Shown piece after piece: positions 36,129 to 44,366 of a stretch of 64,000 bases of DNA. The notes beneath the pieces are model-generated. The model did not search any database, was not told where the DNA came from, and saw nothing but the letters and a program-made list of their open reading frames with translations. The position numbers and the translations under genes are program-made. Location of the stretch: the NCBI GenBank assembly GCA_045589295.1, contig JAZNOU010000002.1:17283-81282 (forward strand), read 5' to 3'. Position 1 is the stretch's first letter; every line of letters begins with the position of its first letter. The DNA comes from Clostridia bacterium. GTDB lineage: Bacteria; Bacillota; Clostridia; RGIG6154.

Positions 36129-36923
36129 CTATTTAGTTTCGTTTAAAAATTGTTTTTTGTATGAAAGTATTATAAGAATTGCCCCTAAAACAAAAGTTGC
36201 AACTGCAACAAGCTGAGAAACTCTAAATGCTCCAAAATAGAGGCTGTCTGTTCTTAAGCCTTCAATAAAAAATCTGCCAAGTCCGTACCATACAAGGTAC
36301 GAATAAAAGGTAAGACCATCGGATTTTTTGTGTTTGTTTATAAAAATCAAAACAAAAATACCGATGAAATTCCAAAGGCTTTCATATAGAAAAGTAGGGT
36401 GAACAAAAATAATTTTTCCGTGGCTGTAAAGCCCCATTTTCCAAGGAAGATTTGTTATACTGCCAAAGGCCTCTTTGTTCACAAAGTTACCCCATCTGCC
36501 TATAGACTGACCTAAAATCACACCTATAATACACACGTCAAAAACTTTTTTCCAGTTAAGTTTTTTCATCTTGCAATATATGTAAGCGGCGGCGGCAGCA
36601 CCGATAACTGCGCCGTAAATTGCAATTCCACCCTCCCATATTGCAAAAATTTTCGGGAAGTTATTTTTGTATTCAGAGAACGAAAAAATAACATAGTAAA
36701 GTCTTGCACATACAATTGCAGAGGGTGCACCAAACACAACAATATCTAAGATTGTGTCTTGGTTTACACCATCTTTTCTTGCTGTATACGAACTTAAAAA
36801 GTAGCCCGCAATCAAAGCAAATGCAATAATTATCCCGTACCAGTAAACATCTTTTGAACCAATACTGAAAGCGACGGGGTCTATGTTAAATTCAAATCCC
36901 AAAATCGAAACGTAATTATTCAT
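36129..36923 (-). CDS. lgt: Prolipoprotein diacylglyceryl transferase
   Basis: The protein is polytopic. Y-WYGIIIA, GRWGNFVNKEAFG and HPTFLYES are Lgt signatures. Confidence 0.9.
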   Translation of the reverse strand: MNNYVSILGFEFNIDPVAFSIGSKDVYWYGIIIAFALIAGYFLSSYTARKDGVNQDTILDIVVFGAPSAIVCARLYYVIFSFSEYKNNFPKIFAIWEGGIAIYGAVIGAAAAAYIYCKMKKLNWKKVFDVCIIGVILGQSIGRWGNFVNKEAFGSITNLPWKMGLYSHGKIIFVHPTFLYESLWNFIGIFVLIFINKHKKSDGLTFYSYLVWYGLGRFFIEGLRTDSLYFGAFRVSQLVAVATFVLGAILIILSYKKQFLNETK

Positions 36924-36927
36924 AATA

Positions 36928-38220
36928 TCACTCTTTCGGCAGAATGGTTGAAAGCACGCTGTTTTCCTTCTTCATTGAGCCAATGTATTTGATTGCATCT
37001 TCTTTTGTTATAACATCAAACATCTTAAGTGTATTATATATGTTATAGCTGTGAAAATGTGCATCCATCATATTTCGTGCAGTTGTTTCAACATTATTGA
37101 ATTCTTTGATGAAATCCGCCTTTAAAATGTTAAGCTGACGTTTAAACACACGATCAGGTATACCGTTTTTAGCGGTTTGCTCAATGGTTTTTAATACTTC
37201 TTCATAAACCTTTTCCGGGTTTTCGCTTTCGCCTGAAATTAGAGTGTGACTGTACTCTGCTTCCAATGAGTATTCGATGTCAAAGTTGTCGTTTATAAGT
37301 CCTGATTCGTAGTGAGTGTTGTAAAAATCACTGCTTCTTCCGAACATAATTTCAAGACAAACATTTGCCAAAATTTCTTTAAAAATAAACGTATCACTGT
37401 TAAATCCGTTTAAATTATCCTTAAAGCCAATATTAAAAAGCGGCATACTTACAGAAAGCTTTTGAGAAACTTTTTGTTTTAACACGTTTTCAGGTTCTTC
37501 GTCATAATTGACTTCTACCTTTTGTGCCGGTTTTATGTTTGTTAAAAGACTGTTTGCATATTCTGCAGTCTTAAAAGGGTCAACATCTCCGCAAATTGAA
37601 AGAACCATATTTGATGCGTTGTAAAATGTTTCATAACAGTCGTAAAGCATTTCGCTTGTTATTTTTGAAATGCTTTCTACCGAGCCTGCAATATCGCGTT
37701 TTACAGGAAAAGTGTGATACATGCCCTCGAGAAGATTAAAATAAACTCTCCAGCCGGGGTGGTCTAAATACATATTTATTTCCTGACCTATAATGCCCTG
37801 TTCTTTTTTTACGTTTTCGGGTGTAAAATAGGGAGTCTGCATTAAATCGGTCAGAATTTTAAGGTTTTCTTCAAATTTATCTGTGCAGGTAAAGTAATAA
37901 GCGGTGTTTGTAAACGAAGTAAATGCATTTGCATTAGCGCCAGTTTTAGCATATTTGGAAAAAGCGTCACCTGTTTCGCTTTCAAAAAGTTTGTGCTCTA
38001 AAAAGTGCGCAACACCATCAGGGATTTCGGTAAATTCTTTTTGTCCCTCTTTTTTGAAGCGGTTCTTTATTGAGCCATATTTAACACCGAACATAGCACA
38101 TTTTTTGTGAAAGCCTTTTTTGGGAGTGATATAAATACTCATTCCGCAATCGGCTTTAAAAATATATGTTTCTTCGTTTAAAAGTTTGTTTTCAAGGATA
38201 AGATAATCTATGTTGCTCAT
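36928..38220 (-). CDS. M16 (insulinase/pitrilysin) family peptidase, YmfH-like
   Basis: The inverted zinc motif HFLEHKLFE is present. It is 430 aa and paired with an inactive-type M16 partner upstream. Confidence 0.8.
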   Translation of the reverse strand: MSNIDYLILENKLLNEETYIFKADCGMSIYITPKKGFHKKCAMFGVKYGSIKNRFKKEGQKEFTEIPDGVAHFLEHKLFESETGDAFSKYAKTGANANAFTSFTNTAYYFTCTDKFEENLKILTDLMQTPYFTPENVKKEQGIIGQEINMYLDHPGWRVYFNLLEGMYHTFPVKRDIAGSVESISKITSEMLYDCYETFYNASNMVLSICGDVDPFKTAEYANSLLTNIKPAQKVEVNYDEEPENVLKQKVSQKLSVSMPLFNIGFKDNLNGFNSDTFIFKEILANVCLEIMFGRSSDFYNTHYESGLINDNFDIEYSLEAEYSHTLISGESENPEKVYEEVLKTIEQTAKNGIPDRVFKRQLNILKADFIKEFNNVETTARNMMDAHFHSYNIYNTLKMFDVITKEDAIKYIGSMKKENSVLSTILPKE

Positions 38221-38221
38221 A

Positions 38222-39523
38222 TTACTTACCTCCTTTTAAGAAAAATACTGTGTCTAAAGTAACGGCTTTTGCAGCTTTTATAATATCTTCTTTTGTAACT
38301 GCATTGATTTTTTCAAGTGATTGCTCTAAAGAAAGATTAAGCCCTGTTAAAATACCGCCAAATGAGAATTCTTCCATTATGCTCAAAGAGTCCTTGGCAG
38401 AGTTGTAACTGCCCAAAATTGCAAGCTTTGAAGCTAAAATGTCATCTTCGGTGAAATTGCCGTTTTTCATATCTTCAAGCTGTGCTGAAACCTCTTTTAA
38501 AGTGACTTCATATTTGTCAAATTCAATTCCGCAGTTTACTATTACAAGCCCTTTGTAACCGTCATAACCTGAGTTTGCATAGTAGGCAAGAGAAAGCTTT
38601 TCCCTTACATTAAGGAACAGTTTTGAGTGTGGAGAACCCCCAAAAAGATTGTTGAAAACAACGGTTGCAAAATAAAGGTCATCATTTGCAGTTATTTCGG
38701 TTTTAAATCCTATTGAAAGCTTACCTTGTGTAATATCATTTTCTTCTGAAATATATTTCGGACTTTGAGAGTAACCGTTGAAGCTTGGCTTGATGTAAGA
38801 AGTCGGAATTACGTCCAATTCTTCATACGCCTGCTTAATAATATCAATAATGTATTCTTTGTCGCATTTGCCACTCACAAAAATGTCGAGTGAAGAAGTG
38901 CTTAAAAGATTTTTATAGTAGTCATAAAGGCTTGTTGGGGTAATTTTTCTGATTTCTTCAATATCGCCAAATTCAAAAATCCCAAAAGTTTCGCCTTTAT
39001 ACATTTCTTCTGTAAGGCGTTTTTTTGCGTATTCTTTTTTGTCGTTTACAATACTTTCGATGAATTGTATAAGGTTAGTTTTTTCCCTTTCAACATATTC
39101 TGAGTCAAAAACATCTCCGTTTGGAAGATAGGGGTTATAAATCATTTGCTTTGCGAGCGCGCAAAGCTTGGAAAACGGTTTTAAGTCAGGCACTATAGAG
39201 TCACATATTGTTGAAAATCTTATGGACACTATTTGATTTGCACCTTTTTTCTTGATGGCATAACTTGCGTTTGCACCATATAAATCATCTAAATATGTGT
39301 TTAAGTAGCTTGACTTGGGGTATCTGTTACAGCCTCTTCTTAAAACTGCAGGAATGAGTGCGTTGTATGACGCCTCAGGGTTTTGCAAGGGACGTGTAAA
39401 ATTGAATGTAAGAAGCGAGGTTTTAAACCTGTCTCCTTCAATAAAATGAATGTTTACCCCGTTTTTTATATTAACTGTCTGCAAAGCTAAAACTCCAATC
39501 GTTTTTGTTAAATAGTATACCAC
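38222..39523 (-). CDS. M16 family peptidase-like protein, non-catalytic partner (YmfF-like)
   Basis: M16 fold-sized (433 aa) and homologous in layout to the neighbour, but without an HxxEH motif. The gene pair is separated by 1 nt. Confidence 0.7.
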   Translation of the reverse strand: MVYYLTKTIGVLALQTVNIKNGVNIHFIEGDRFKTSLLTFNFTRPLQNPEASYNALIPAVLRRGCNRYPKSSYLNTYLDDLYGANASYAIKKKGANQIVSIRFSTICDSIVPDLKPFSKLCALAKQMIYNPYLPNGDVFDSEYVEREKTNLIQFIESIVNDKKEYAKKRLTEEMYKGETFGIFEFGDIEEIRKITPTSLYDYYKNLLSTSSLDIFVSGKCDKEYIIDIIKQAYEELDVIPTSYIKPSFNGYSQSPKYISEENDITQGKLSIGFKTEITANDDLYFATVVFNNLFGGSPHSKLFLNVREKLSLAYYANSGYDGYKGLVIVNCGIEFDKYEVTLKEVSAQLEDMKNGNFTEDDILASKLAILGSYNSAKDSLSIMEEFSFGGILTGLNLSLEQSLEKINAVTKEDIIKAAKAVTLDTVFFLKGGK

Positions 39524-39624
39524 GAATTTGTAAAAAAAGCCATACCTAAAAATTAATATTAAAAAAGAGTTGCAAAAAAAGGCGAAAAATAGTATAATTT
39601 GTATGAAAAAGGAGGGAAACTTTG

Positions 39625-40227
39625 ATGTTGTCTGAAAAAATCAGGAATTTAAGAATGAAAAATTCACTTACGCAAACTCAGCTTGCGAATATGCTGGGGT
39701 GCTCTGTTGCAACGGTTTCGGGTTATGAAACAGGCAAGACAGAAGTGCCTACAGAAGTTATATCAAAGTGCGCCCGATATTTTAACTGTCCGCTTGAATA
39801 TTTTTATAATATGGACATTCCGCTCATGGAAACACCTGAGCTTATGGAAAAAACTTTGTATAAAATAAAAATGAAAGTAATAAAAGACTTATCGCTTCCG
39901 CCCGAGGGCAAAAATGTTTGGGGAGAAATGGAACATCCCCTGTATGATTTGCCTTATGACAGGGTTGTGTGGAAAATGGAAGATAAAGAAGAAATAAAAT
40001 ATGTCATATTGCTTGTGGGCAAAACCCCAAGGGAAGGTGACAGAGTAGCAGTAGTAACAGATGACGGCGAGAGCAAGCTCGGATATTACTATGTAGACGA
40101 AACTCACAATGTTTGCATAAAGTCAAAACCAAAAGGAATGAAAGGAATTAGAAACCTTAAGGTGGACTTAAATAAAAATGGTGTAATTTACGGAATAGTT
40201 GAGGGTGTATATATTCACTTTAATTAA
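39625..40227 (+). CDS. XRE-family HTH regulator with a C-terminal beta-rich domain (S24/LexA-like shape, no obvious Ser-Lys dyad)
   Basis: N-terminal SLTQTQLANMLGCSVATVSGYETGK HTH. RBS GGAGGG lies 8 nt upstream of the ATG at 39625. The C-terminal REGDRVAVV...YGIVEGVY resembles a cleavage-domain fold. Confidence 0.65.
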   Translation: MLSEKIRNLRMKNSLTQTQLANMLGCSVATVSGYETGKTEVPTEVISKCARYFNCPLEYFYNMDIPLMETPELMEKTLYKIKMKVIKDLSLPPEGKNVWGEMEHPLYDLPYDRVVWKMEDKEEIKYVILLVGKTPREGDRVAVVTDDGESKLGYYYVDETHNVCIKSKPKGMKGIRNLKVDLNKNGVIYGIVEGVYIHFN

Positions 40228-40255
40228 AAAAGCGGTGCTTTAAGCACCGCTTTTT
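40226..40255. terminator. Bidirectional hairpin terminator
   Basis: AGCGGTGC / GCACCGCT stem flanked by an A-run and a T-run, between converging genes. Confidence 0.7.
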
Positions 40256-40256
40256 G

Positions 40257-41630
40257 TTACTTTATAAGCATTTCGCCAACTTTATTGACAGGACCTGCAC
40301 CGATGGTCATAATAAGCTCGTCGCCTGAGCAGGTTTTTCTTATGTGGTCGGCGACTTCTTCAAATTCTTTTATATAAGTCGCATCGCACCCGTTTTTAAC
40401 CATAATATCAACAACGTCCTGAGAAGACACACTGCCGTCATCAATTTCACGTGCGGCATAAATGTCTGTTATAATTACACGGTCAGCGAGTGAAAGGCTT
40501 TGCGCAAACTCGTTTAGAAGAGCCTTCGTTCTTGTGTAAGTGTGGGGTTGGAAAATAACCGTTACACTTTTGTGGCCGAAATTTTTTGCAGTTTCGATTG
40601 CAGCAGTGATTTCAGTGGGGTGGTGAGCATAATCGTCAACCACAGTACAGCCTTTGTAATCGCCTTTAATTTCAAAACGGCGGTCGGTTCCTTCGAAATT
40701 TTTAAGACCTGACTTAACAGAGTCGGCACTCAAACCACAATCTATACATAATGCGGCAGCAGCCAGACTGTTTAAAACATTGTGCTTACCAGGTACACTT
40801 AATGTAATTGTGCAAAGCTTCTGACCAAAATAAACAAGGTCATAGGTCGCAAAGCCGTTTTTGTCAAATACAACATTTTTTGCATAAACGTCGAAGTTTT
40901 CCCCTATACCAAAGGTTATAACCTTGCACTTTGCATTTTTTACAGTCTTTAAAGCGTTTTTGTCATTTCCGTTTACTATAATACTTCCATCTTCCGGTAC
41001 AAGCAATGCAAACTTTTCAAATGCACTTATAATGTGGTCAATGTCTTTAAAATAGTCAAGATGGTCTGCATCAACATTAAGAATTATGGCTTTTTTGGGG
41101 AAAAATTCCAAAAAGCTTTCAACATACTCGCAGGCTTCGGTTACAAATATATCACCTGAACCTATTCTTAGATTTCCGTCAAGCGCTCTAACTTCACCCC
41201 CAACCAAAATTGTGGGGTCATTTTTTTCTTCAAGCATTATAAGTGATACCATTGAAGTAGTGGTGGTTTTTCCGTGAGTTCCTGAAATGCAGCAAGGGCA
41301 ATCGTAAGATTTCATAAGTTCGCCTAAAAAAACACTTCTTTCAACAACTCTTCCTGCATTTTTTACAGCTTCTTTGTACTCAGGATTGTCTTTGGAAATT
41401 GCCGCGGTGTATACTACCAAATCAGGTGATTTAATGTTCTTTTCAGATTGACCTACAAAAACTTCAATTCCTGCATTTTCGAGCTTTCTTGTGATATGGG
41501 TTGGAGTTATATCACTTCCCGAAACCTTGTAACCACCCTTTTTTACAATTAGGGCGAGAGAAGACATACTTATTCCGCCAATTCCTATAAAGTGTATATA
41601 TTTACCTTCAGATAAATTAAAAATTTTCAA
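40257..41630 (-). CDS. murC: UDP-N-acetylmuramate--L-alanine ligase
   Basis: HFIGIGGISMSSLA at the N-terminus, the GTHGKTTTTS P-loop, and Mur ligase middle and C-terminal domains. Confidence 0.9.
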   Translation of the reverse strand: MKIFNLSEGKYIHFIGIGGISMSSLALIVKKGGYKVSGSDITPTHITRKLENAGIEVFVGQSEKNIKSPDLVVYTAAISKDNPEYKEAVKNAGRVVERSVFLGELMKSYDCPCCISGTHGKTTTTSMVSLIMLEEKNDPTILVGGEVRALDGNLRIGSGDIFVTEACEYVESFLEFFPKKAIILNVDADHLDYFKDIDHIISAFEKFALLVPEDGSIIVNGNDKNALKTVKNAKCKVITFGIGENFDVYAKNVVFDKNGFATYDLVYFGQKLCTITLSVPGKHNVLNSLAAAALCIDCGLSADSVKSGLKNFEGTDRRFEIKGDYKGCTVVDDYAHHPTEITAAIETAKNFGHKSVTVIFQPHTYTRTKALLNEFAQSLSLADRVIITDIYAAREIDDGSVSSQDVVDIMVKNGCDATYIKEFEEVADHIRKTCSGDELIMTIGAGPVNKVGEMLIK

Positions 41631-41895
41631 AACTAAATTCCTCCTGAAAACTCAAAGGTTATTGTATGTAAAAATCTTTTTTTTATAATATAGCAGAAAA
41701 TATAAGTTTTTTCAATAAAAAAGCAAAAAAATAATAAAAAAACCTTGATTTTTTTCGGTAAAAATAATATAATTACTCTATTAAACGTTCTATTTAATAT
41801 ACAATAAGAAATTATCTGCTGATTATAATATACATAAAGAAGCGGCAGATGGTTACTTTTTACAAAACAGGAGAAATAAAAAACGGAGGAATAAA

Positions 41896-43101
41896 ATGAT
41901 TAACATTGCAGTTTTGGGCTTTGGTGTTGTAGGCTCTGGTGTAGTTGAACTGATAGAAAAAAACGCCGAAACCGTGAACAAAGGTCTTTCTAAAAAGATA
42001 TGTGTTAAAAAAATTCTTGACATAAGAGATTTTGATGGACATAAATATCAGGACCTTTTTACAAAAGATTTTGATGAAATCTTAAATGATGACAGCATCA
42101 GCATTGTTGTTGAAACAATAGGTGGAAAAGAGCCTGCAAAAACTTTTACTGAAAAAGCACTTAAAAAAGGTAAAAGCGTTGTTACTTCAAATAAAGAGCT
42201 TGTTGCAGCTTTCGGAAGCGAGCTTATGGTAACAGCAAAAGAAAATAATTCATATTATATGTTTGAGGCAGCTGTTGGTGGAGCAATACCTGTTTTAAGA
42301 CCGATGGGAACGTGTCTTGCAGCAAATAATATAACAGATATATGGGGTATTTTAAATGGTACCACAAACTATATTTTAACCAGAATGTTTGAGGACGGGG
42401 CGTCTTTTGCAGATGCGCTTAAAGAGGCTCAGCAAAAGGGTTATGCAGAGCGTGACCCCTCAGCCGACGTTGAAGGCTATGACACAATGAGAAAGATTGC
42501 AATTTTAATGTCTATCGCATCAGGTTATGAAGTGAACTGTGACAAAGTAATGGCAGAAGGTATTACAAACATACAAAAAGAAGATGTCAAAATTCTCGAC
42601 AAAGCGGGATATGCTATAAGACTTATAGGGCACGGTAAAGCGTGTGACGGAAAGGTTTTTGCAAGAGTAAGTCCTATGGTTATTTCCAAAAACCACCCTC
42701 TGTCAGGCGTTAAAGATGTGTTTAACGCAGTGATGATTATGGGCGACGCTACCGATGAGGTTATGTTCTATGGTAAAGGTGCCGGAAAGTTTCCTACGGC
42801 AAGCGCAGTAGTTGCAGATGTAATTGATATTGCAAAGGCATGCGGTAATCAACCAAAGTATACATGGAAAAAACCTGAAACCGACATAATGATTGACATA
42901 AAAGACACGTCTTCTATGTTTTATGTAAGAGCAAAAGGTGTTACTGAAAATGACTTTAATGTTTTGCAGGTTATTTCAAATACAGATGATGAAATCGCTT
43001 TGATAACTGCTGAAATGAATGAAGAAGCATTTGAAACAGCTAAAACAGCACTTGAACAAAAAGGCGCCGAGTTTAAAGCTGTAATCAGAAAATTATTATA
43101 G
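41896..43101 (+). CDS. hom: Homoserine dehydrogenase
   Basis: N-terminal Rossmann LGFGVVGSG, the catalytic region NGTTNYILT...EADPSADVEG-type motif (AERDPSADVEGYD), and a C-terminal ACT-like domain. Confidence 0.9.
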   Translation: MINIAVLGFGVVGSGVVELIEKNAETVNKGLSKKICVKKILDIRDFDGHKYQDLFTKDFDEILNDDSISIVVETIGGKEPAKTFTEKALKKGKSVVTSNKELVAAFGSELMVTAKENNSYYMFEAAVGGAIPVLRPMGTCLAANNITDIWGILNGTTNYILTRMFEDGASFADALKEAQQKGYAERDPSADVEGYDTMRKIAILMSIASGYEVNCDKVMAEGITNIQKEDVKILDKAGYAIRLIGHGKACDGKVFARVSPMVISKNHPLSGVKDVFNAVMIMGDATDEVMFYGKGAGKFPTASAVVADVIDIAKACGNQPKYTWKKPETDIMIDIKDTSSMFYVRAKGVTENDFNVLQVISNTDDEIALITAEMNEEAFETAKTALEQKGAEFKAVIRKLL

Positions 43102-43115
43102 AAAGTGGTGTTAAT

Positions 43116-44327
43116 ATGGGTTTGGTAGTTCAAAAATTCGGAGGCTCTTCGGTTGCAGATGCTAAAAAAGTTATGAATGTTGCCGAAAGAGTTACTGATG
43201 AGTATAAAAAAGGTAATAACGTTATTGTTGTTGTTTCCGCGCAGGGCGATACAACAGATGAGCTTATTGAAAAAGCAAATGAAATTAATCCTAATCATTC
43301 AAAAAGAGAAATGGATATGCTTCTTTCAACAGGTGAGCAGATTTCTATTTCACTTCTTGCTATGGCTATTGAAAAATTGGGCTTTCCGGTAATTTCTCTT
43401 ACAGGCTGGCAGGTTGGAATGAAGACTGACAGTAACTATTCTTTGGCAAGAATAAGAAAAATCGATACTGAAAGAATTGAAATGGAACTTGACAAGAAAA
43501 ACATTGTGGTTGTTGCAGGTTTCCAGGGAATTAACAAGTATGATGATATTACAACTTTGGGCAGAGGCGGTTCTGACACAACAGCAGTAGCACTTGCTGC
43601 AGCACTTCATGCAGATATTTGTGAAATTTACACAGATGTTGACGGTGTTTACACAACAGACCCAAGAATTGTAAAAGATGCAGTTAAATTGAATGAAATT
43701 TCTTATGACGAAATGTTGGAGCTTGCATCCTTAGGCGCAAACGTTCTTCATAACCGCTCAGTAGAAATGGCTAAAAAATATAATGTAAATTTAGAAGTTA
43801 AATCAAGTTTTGAAAGAGTACCGGGTACTGTTGTTAAGGAGGAAGTAGATATGGAAAAGATGTTGGTTAGAGGTGTAGCAAGAGATAATGACGTTGCAAG
43901 GATTGCAGTTATCGGTTTAAAAGATGAACCGGGAACAGCGTTTAAGATTTTCTCACTTCTTTCAAAGAATAAGATAAATGTGGATATTATTTTGCAGTCA
44001 ATCGGCAGAGATAATACAAAAGATATTTCATTCACTGTTACAGAAGGTAATCTTAACAAAGCTGTTGAGATTTTGGAACAGAATAAAGACCTTATTGGTT
44101 ACAAAGACATTTCAAGCTCAACAGACCTTTCAAAAGTGTCTATTGTTGGCGCAGGTATGGTAAATAACCCTGGTGTTGCATCAAAAATGTTTGAGGCGCT
44201 TTTTGAAAGCTCAATAAACATCCATATGATTTCAACATCAGAACTTAAAGTGTCAGTTCTTATTGATCAGGCTGAAGCAGAACGTGCAGTAAGAGCTATC
44301 CATGACAAGTTTGATTTTACAAACTAA
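43116..44327 (+). CDS. lysC: Aspartate kinase
   Basis: VVQKFGGSSV, VVVVSAQGDTTDEL, LGRGGSDTTA and two C-terminal ACT domains. Confidence 0.9.
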   Translation: MGLVVQKFGGSSVADAKKVMNVAERVTDEYKKGNNVIVVVSAQGDTTDELIEKANEINPNHSKREMDMLLSTGEQISISLLAMAIEKLGFPVISLTGWQVGMKTDSNYSLARIRKIDTERIEMELDKKNIVVVAGFQGINKYDDITTLGRGGSDTTAVALAAALHADICEIYTDVDGVYTTDPRIVKDAVKLNEISYDEMLELASLGANVLHNRSVEMAKKYNVNLEVKSSFERVPGTVVKEEVDMEKMLVRGVARDNDVARIAVIGLKDEPGTAFKIFSLLSKNKINVDIILQSIGRDNTKDISFTVTEGNLNKAVEILEQNKDLIGYKDISSSTDLSKVSIVGAGMVNNPGVASKMFEALFESSINIHMISTSELKVSVLIDQAEAERAVRAIHDKFDFTN

Positions 44328-44366
44328 CTAAAAAATTTAAAATTTATACCGAAAGGATAAAACGCA

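Noticed and set aside
41631-41895. Possible lysine, SAM or T-box riboswitch in the 265-nt region upstream of hom-lysC
   Set aside because: The region is extremely AT-rich, and I could not find L-box, S-box or T-box core sequences. The only feature is one 8-bp stem (ATCTGCTG...CGGCAGAT, about 41815-41851) followed by a short T-run. That is insufficient to call a riboswitch or attenuator.
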